From Bacteroidota bacterium (GTDB lineage: Bacteria; Bacteroidota; Bacteroidia; Chitinophagales; CAIODY01): a stretch of DNA of 41,310 bases. This document shows positions 37,201 through 41,310 of this stretch, one piece after another; within the stretch, counting starts at the first letter, position 1; every line of letters begins with the position of its first letter. The notes under the pieces were generated by a model. That model was not told where the DNA came from, ran no database searches, and was given only the letters and a program-made list of their open reading frames with translations. Position numbers and translations under genes: made by a program. The stretch lies in assembly GCA_041165265.1 (NCBI GenBank), contig JBEANU010000082.1, forward strand, positions 1 to 41,310, read 5' to 3'.

Positions 37201-38937
37201 CAAGGCATAAATAATATGCAACTTGCTGGCAACTATAAGCTTACTGATTCCACCAATAATTTAGATTATCAGCTAGTATTTAATCACTTCAATTTAAAAA
37301 CGGTTGAGCCATTAATAAATAATATTTTATCTAAAAAACAGGGTAACCTAACCGGCACAGCAGCATTAACAGGTACTTTGAAAAAGCCAACATTAGCAGC
37401 TGATGTAACTTTATATAATGGTGGGCTTACTGTAAATTACATTAATGCCCATTACAATTTTGAAACAGTTCATGCTGTTTGCAAAAACAATATCATTCAG
37501 TTTGATAAATTTATTTTAACAGATTCATTTAAAAACAAAGGCGAATTTATTGGCTCAATTAATTTAAATAATATGCATGCTGTTACTTTAGATATGCACG
37601 TAACTACCAAAAAATTATTAGTAAATAATACCACAATTGAGCAAAATGAATTATTTTTTGGAAAAGCATTTGCCTCTGGAAGCATTGATTTAACAGGCGT
37701 TACATACAATTTAACCATTGCAGCAAAAGCTAAAACTTTAAAAGGTACACAACTATATATTCCTATTACAGATGATAGAGATTTAAAAAAACACGATTTT
37801 ATTCAATTTGTAAATCATGATATAAATACTACATCAAAACAAAAAAAATATGTGGCCGATTTAGATGGCATTACCCTAAAATTTGATATTGATGCACTGC
37901 CCGAAGCTGAAATAAATATTTTAATGGATTTGGTAGCTGGTGATTACATCAAAGGGTATGGTAATGGTACTATTAAAATTGATTTTAGCTCAAACACAGC
38001 ATTTTCAATGCTTGGCAGCTATACCATGGATAGGGGCGAATATCACTTTACACTATTTAATTTCCCTAAAGATTTTAATATTAATAGTGGTAGTGCCATT
38101 ACCTGGAATGGTGATGCATACAATGGTGTGTTAGATGTACAAGGAACTTATGTAGCACGAACTTCATTTTATGAATTAGTAAAAGATTTATTAGCCACCG
38201 ATGCCGACTTTACAGCTGCCCGTGTTCGGTTGCCATTTTTAGTGAAAACTGATTTAAAAGGTTCATTAAAAAAACCGGATGTTGCTTTTGATATCACATC
38301 TGCAAATACAAATTCAACAGCTATTGATTTTAAATTTTTACAGCGCTTACAAGCCATTAAAGCCGATCAAAATGAATTGAACAACCAAGTATTTGCGCTA
38401 ATAGCTATGAATAATTTTATTGCGCCGCAAAATATTAGTGGCTTTGATAATCCGTTGGCATACAATTCAACCTACAAACAATCGGGCTCTGAATTGGTAT
38501 CATCGCAAGTAAGCCGATTGCTAAACAATGCATTTTACCGAATCACAAAAGATGACAAAACACAATTAAATTTTAATTATAGATTATACGATCAAGGCAT
38601 AGATGCACGTAATTTTTCGCAGTTCAATTTTAATTTATCTCGTAAATTTTTTAATGAAAGATTAAATATTGAGGCAGGCGGAATTTATGATTATGGGTCA
38701 GTAAACACTACCAACAACAATGGTTTTATTGGTGATTTTTTAATTGAATATAATTTAACACCTGATGGCCGAATCAGAATTAAAGGTTTTAGAAAAACAG
38801 AATATGATATATTAAATGAGCGAAATAGAAACAGAACAGGCTTAGGATTGGCCTACAAACGTGAGTTTAACAGCTTATCTGAGTTTTTTATTAAATCTAA
38901 AAAAAGTAAAATTCCTATCTGGAAACCAAAATTGTAA
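34225..38937 (+). CDS. TamB-like translocation and assembly module protein (AsmA-like/DUF490 family); the true start is probably a near-cognate codon upstream of the track's TTG 34327
   Basis: About 1570 aa, extremely Asn/Lys/Ile-rich with repetitive beta-strand character. The C-terminal DUF490-like segment is GDYIKGYGNGTIKIDF...GEYHFTLFNF...ITWNGDAYNGVLDVQG. The in-frame upstream sequence KRIIKILAITIVTLVVTSAAIAFWISLPSTQSW supplies the expected N-terminal TM anchor. Confidence 0.8.
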   Translation: MKRIIKILAITIVTLVVTSAAIAFWISLPSTQSWLIQKTTTYLSNKLHTEVSIEKVDANLFQKLVLENVLIRDKKNDTLLFAHLIKLNLSDVMMIDKKCTLHHIGLQNVQVNIKKTSTDSVFNYQFIIDALSGKNQSSSNSNLQLKLHKINLENIAVNYNDADEEVLNTSLQQLAIDVDQLNLNKKTITVKSIYINTPHVDYALNSILIGNKKSIVKVDSAIIDSTKKIWTVKVESIKIENGGFNYCVKTNDTSNYNNNKINPNNLQISNINAEANDILLSKNNYAAELTQLEMIGQSGLTIKSAHGKASFKNKDLAIKNLFIQTAFSKIEQNIEVHLPNDKIIKPENIKFSAEVKSSLIHPTDVQHFIEIPNWVQPISLIGKVSGKLGKIKSKNVELSMGNNFFKGNFNLDGLPDLQNTFIDFTVNEFSSTGNDVLKMLPATQHPELLQRLGTLFFQGNFSGFLKDFVAQGNLKTSLGDISSDVNMKISNDLKISYTGSVETKSFNLGELINDKEAVGKIALTANINGKRWLNDNPEALIKGSLQQFEYNHYTYSNVELNGTIKQKQFVGNIISADPNVAFNFNGLINFYDSIPTFKFNAAIKNIDFQKLNFSKNNFSITQANINIDANGNTIDNFEGKLFLKNLGFKINQKTHTIQSFSATSTNQNLQKKLVVKSDFLNANVEGKFNYAYLPSAFKVYLHQYFPAYIQLQNEDTSNNAEQKFAFDGVLIDNNNLLSILAPGITLNGKNQFKGMMDTKANKAILYASINQLNIEDKKITPLVINVESNSQKLFATISCNSVQLSDSLTIHDSKISLLATHDSLLFNYKMAGNKNILSLDVNGLTLMNKGKITTHFFESSCFIKGYKWLLNTDNEIIYQNSCFTFNHVEITNEQQKIIVNSNPDDDVKDNASIQLQNINIAEIADIAGITDAQIMGTLNANTTIKNYFSQPIIESKVDLHHCFIGNDTLGNITGILKFDTKKKIIFTDVDVQQGINNMQLAGNYKLTDSTNNLDYQLVFNHFNLKTVEPLINNILSKKQGNLTGTAALTGTLKKPTLAADVTLYNGGLTVNYINAHYNFETVHAVCKNNIIQFDKFILTDSFKNKGEFIGSINLNNMHAVTLDMHVTTKKLLVNNTTIEQNELFFGKAFASGSIDLTGVTYNLTIAAKAKTLKGTQLYIPITDDRDLKKHDFIQFVNHDINTTSKQKKYVADLDGITLKFDIDALPEAEINILMDLVAGDYIKGYGNGTIKIDFSSNTAFSMLGSYTMDRGEYHFTLFNFPKDFNINSGSAITWNGDAYNGVLDVQGTYVARTSFYELVKDLLATDADFTAARVRLPFLVKTDLKGSLKKPDVAFDITSANTNSTAIDFKFLQRLQAIKADQNELNNQVFALIAMNNFIAPQNISGFDNPLAYNSTYKQSGSELVSSQVSRLLNNAFYRITKDDKTQLNFNYRLYDQGIDARNFSQFNFNLSRKFFNERLNIEAGGIYDYGSVNTTNNNGFIGDFLIEYNLTPDGRIRIKGFRKTEYDILNERNRNRTGLGLAYKREFNSLSEFFIKSKKSKIPIWKPKL

Positions 38938-38938
38938 T

Positions 38939-40339
38939 TTATCCTAACAACTCTTTTTTCACAGTTGTTAAAATATCTAACACCATTTCTTTGGTAGGTG
39001 CTTCGGCGTAAATGCGCAATAGTGGCTCAGTTCCACTTGGACGAATCATCACCCAACTTTCATCAGCCATGTGATATTTATAGCCATCAATATCTTCCAC
39101 TCTTTCTATTTTATACTTTCCAAATGCTGAATATTTTCCTGCTTTGCAGTTGGCGATAATTTCTTGTTTCAATGATTCAGCTAAATGCAAATCGTTTCGT
39201 TCAAAAACAAATTTGCCTACAACAGCATAAATATCATCCACTAATTGAGTTAATGTTTTACCTGTTTTAGTCATTAAATCTAACAATAATAAGCCATCCC
39301 AAATGCCATCACGTTCAGGTATGTGACCTTTAACCGCAATACCACCGCTTTCTTCGCCACCCACCAACACATCATCCGTCATCATTATTTCGGCAATATA
39401 TTTAAACCCAATTTTGGTTACTTGATGTGGTATGCCATATATATTGCACATCTTTTTAATTTTATCAGAAGCCGAAAAAGCTACCACCACTTTACCGCTC
39501 ATGCCTTTAAATTGCGAAGCATAATAAATCAACAATAATAAAATATGATGGGCATCTAAAAAATTACCATTTTCATCATACATCGCTATTCTATCTGCAT
39601 CGCCATCTGTCACCAAACCTGCTGAAATTTTTCCTTTATTTTCTTTAATGAATTTTTGAAATTCCAAAGTATTTCTTTCTAACGGCTCAGGCGCTTGCCC
39701 CATAAAACCTGGGTTAGTGGTGCAATGCATCAATTGCGCATTGGGTAATAATCGTGGTAAAATTTGTTGACCAGCACCATACATGGCATCATACGCCAAC
39801 ACATTTTTTTCAGCAATTGCTTTTAAATCAAATGTTTTTTTAACGTGGTTTTCATACATTAATTCCATATCAATATATTCCAACAAACCGTTGCTTTCCA
39901 TTTCTTGAATAGTGATAGAAGGCATAGTAACCGAATCAGGAATCATGGTTTCAACCTTCGTGATTTCACTTGGTGCAGCTGGTCCGCCAAATCCATCTTT
40001 TAATTTATAACCGTTATAAGTTGGCGGATTATGACTTGCTGTAATTACTACACCAGCCGTAGCTTTTAATTCAACAGTTGCTAACGAAACCATTGGCGTA
40101 GTTACAAAACCTTTATGCGTATAAACTTTTACGCCCATGCTGCCAAAAATTTTTGTAGCTGTTTCCACAAACAAACTTCCACCAAAACGGCAATCATGAC
40201 CAATTACAACGCTTGGTGTAGCGGTACGATTCAACAACCATTGTGCAGTAGCTACACTCACTCGGGCTACATTTTCAACGGTGAAATCATCGGCAATTAT
40301 TGCTCTCCAACCATCGGTACCAAATTTTATTTGTGTCAT
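38939..40339 (-). CDS. Alpha-D-phosphohexomutase (phosphoglucomutase/phosphomannomutase family)
   Basis: The start is MTQIKFGTDGWRA. The active-site loop is TASHNPPTYNGYKL (phosphoserine), the Mg-binding loop is DGDADR, and the sugar-binding motif is GGEESGG. Confidence 0.9.
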   Translation of the reverse strand: MTQIKFGTDGWRAIIADDFTVENVARVSVATAQWLLNRTATPSVVIGHDCRFGGSLFVETATKIFGSMGVKVYTHKGFVTTPMVSLATVELKATAGVVITASHNPPTYNGYKLKDGFGGPAAPSEITKVETMIPDSVTMPSITIQEMESNGLLEYIDMELMYENHVKKTFDLKAIAEKNVLAYDAMYGAGQQILPRLLPNAQLMHCTTNPGFMGQAPEPLERNTLEFQKFIKENKGKISAGLVTDGDADRIAMYDENGNFLDAHHILLLLIYYASQFKGMSGKVVVAFSASDKIKKMCNIYGIPHQVTKIGFKYIAEIMMTDDVLVGGEESGGIAVKGHIPERDGIWDGLLLLDLMTKTGKTLTQLVDDIYAVVGKFVFERNDLHLAESLKQEIIANCKAGKYSAFGKYKIERVEDIDGYKYHMADESWVMIRPSGTEPLLRIYAEAPTKEMVLDILTTVKKELLG

Positions 40340-40466
40340 GATTTTGTTTTTATTTTAAAAAATTGTGTGGCGAAATTAATTTACTATTTCTGATTTTGTG
40401 TTGGTTTTAAATGAATTAATTTTATTCTCAACAAAAAATCATTTTAGGAATACTTTATAAGTAATA

Positions 40467-41310
40467 TTAAATTTCATTTATTACCTCAAATCCTTTGTAG
40501 CTGCCAGTTATAGCTAAACCATAAATGGTTTTAGCAACTTTTTTTTGTCTTATTTTTTCTGCAATTTCATTTATAGTTGCTCCTGACCCTACCGCATCAT
40601 CAATTATTAACACAGTTTTAAATTTTTGTTTCTCAGTAACTACAAAACTATTTTGTGCATTACTTATACGTTCATGTAATTTTGAAAGTGCCTTTTGCGG
40701 TATTGCAATTTCACCAGTTATTTTTTTTATTCCTATTAATGGAATGTTCAGCTGTAAATGAGTTTGTAAAAAAAGCATTATTTGTAACTCTCTTTTTATT
40801 GTTGGTGGTACAAATAATACAGCATTAATTTTATTCATCTTAATGAAATTTTCTACTCTGCTTTTAATCTCTGAAACTATGATTGACATTAGTTTTTTAT
40901 TTTGTCCTTGCTTTGCAAAGTGCATTAAAGTTCCTAATCTGGTTTTTCCAAATCTTTCAATAGCATAAAAATCTAAATAAAACAGTTTGTCAATACCTAT
41001 TTTTTCATATCCTTTTGTATCTGCTAATTTTTGAGTTCCTTCTATTAAATGGTTAACATTGTAGAAAGCCAAATACTTTTTTCGAGTTGTAATAAATTCT
41101 GTTAATGTTTTTTCGATTGGCAGCTTTTGTTTATCACACCAATACTTAAACGCTGGCATTCCTTCAAGTTTTATTCCTGTTTCAGTAATCAACAAAAAAT
41201 GCTGGAGCAAAAATTCACTTTGCTCTTCTTGAACGCTAAAATTGATTTCAATATCTTTTTTTTGACTATTTAATTTATAATAAGTGTGTGGGGCTTTACC
41301 CAATTTAATA
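40467..41310 (-). CDS. ComF/GntX-like phosphoribosyltransferase-domain protein; N-terminus probably outside the window
   Basis: The C-terminal PRTase motif is VLIIDDAVGSGATINEIAEKI. The ORF is open to within 7 nt of the window end, so the TTG start in the track is doubtful. Confidence 0.55.
   Translation of the reverse strand, partial: IKLGKAPHTYYKLNSQKKDIEINFSVQEEQSEFLLQHFLLITETGIKLEGMPAFKYWCDKQKLPIEKTLTEFITTRKKYLAFYNVNHLIEGTQKLADTKGYEKIGIDKLFYLDFYAIERFGKTRLGTLMHFAKQGQNKKLMSIIVSEIKSRVENFIKMNKINAVLFVPPTIKRELQIMLFLQTHLQLNIPLIGIKKITGEIAIPQKALSKLHERISNAQNSFVVTEKQKFKTVLIIDDAVGSGATINEIAEKIRQKKVAKTIYGLAITGSYKGFEVINEI

Noticed and set aside
38935-38941. Convergent TamB and phosphohexomutase genes with stop codons 1 nt apart and no terminator hairpin
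   Set aside because: Tight convergent gene ends are common in compact bacterial genomes, and there is no additional structure to explain.
1-41310. CRISPR arrays, rRNA and tRNA genes, tandem DNA repeats
   Set aside because: I noticed no regularly spaced direct repeats, no cloverleaf-like tRNA other than the tRNA-like ends of ssrA, and no rRNA-like sequence while reading both strands.

Overview
AT-rich, Bacteroidota-like chromosomal window, judged from T9SS C-terminal sorting domains, a TTTG/TAnnTTTG-type promoter motif and a Bacteroidetes-style tmRNA tag. The left ~19 kb looks accessory. It holds a partial HTH (transposase-like?) ORF at the window edge and two co-oriented T9SS cargo genes (716 aa and a 4147-aa giant). 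These are followed by a ~960-bp ORF-poor spacer with strong hairpins and a compact cassette. The cassette contains a doubtful small membrane ORF, an XRE-HTH::ImmA/IrrE fusion, a small DUF4248-like HTH protein, a small ORF and a large serine recombinase. The main finding is that the recombinase ORF runs 76 nt, antisense, into the 3' end of an intact tmRNA gene (ssrA, minus strand, 19041-19411). ssrA is absent from the ORF track, and this layout suggests an ssrA-targeting integrative element driven by a serine rather than tyrosine recombinase. The right ~22 kb is mostly housekeeping: PAP2 phosphatase, MoxR ATPase, SurA-like PPIase, rhomboid protease, Gfo/Idh/MocA oxidoreductase, RecO, a TonB-dependent receptor, TamB, a phosphohexomutase and a partial ComF-like PRTase. 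It also carries a heavy-metal RND efflux operon with three unusual features: a CzcA::TolC-like translational fusion with an internal signal-peptide-like segment, an adaptor with a periodic Cys/His hexapeptide array, and a small Cys-rich leader protein. Two genes (TamB and the small Cys-rich protein) need near-cognate start codons to encode their N-terminal membrane segments. No CRISPR array, rRNA or tRNA was seen. All calls rest on reading the sequence and recalled family motifs; no searches were run.
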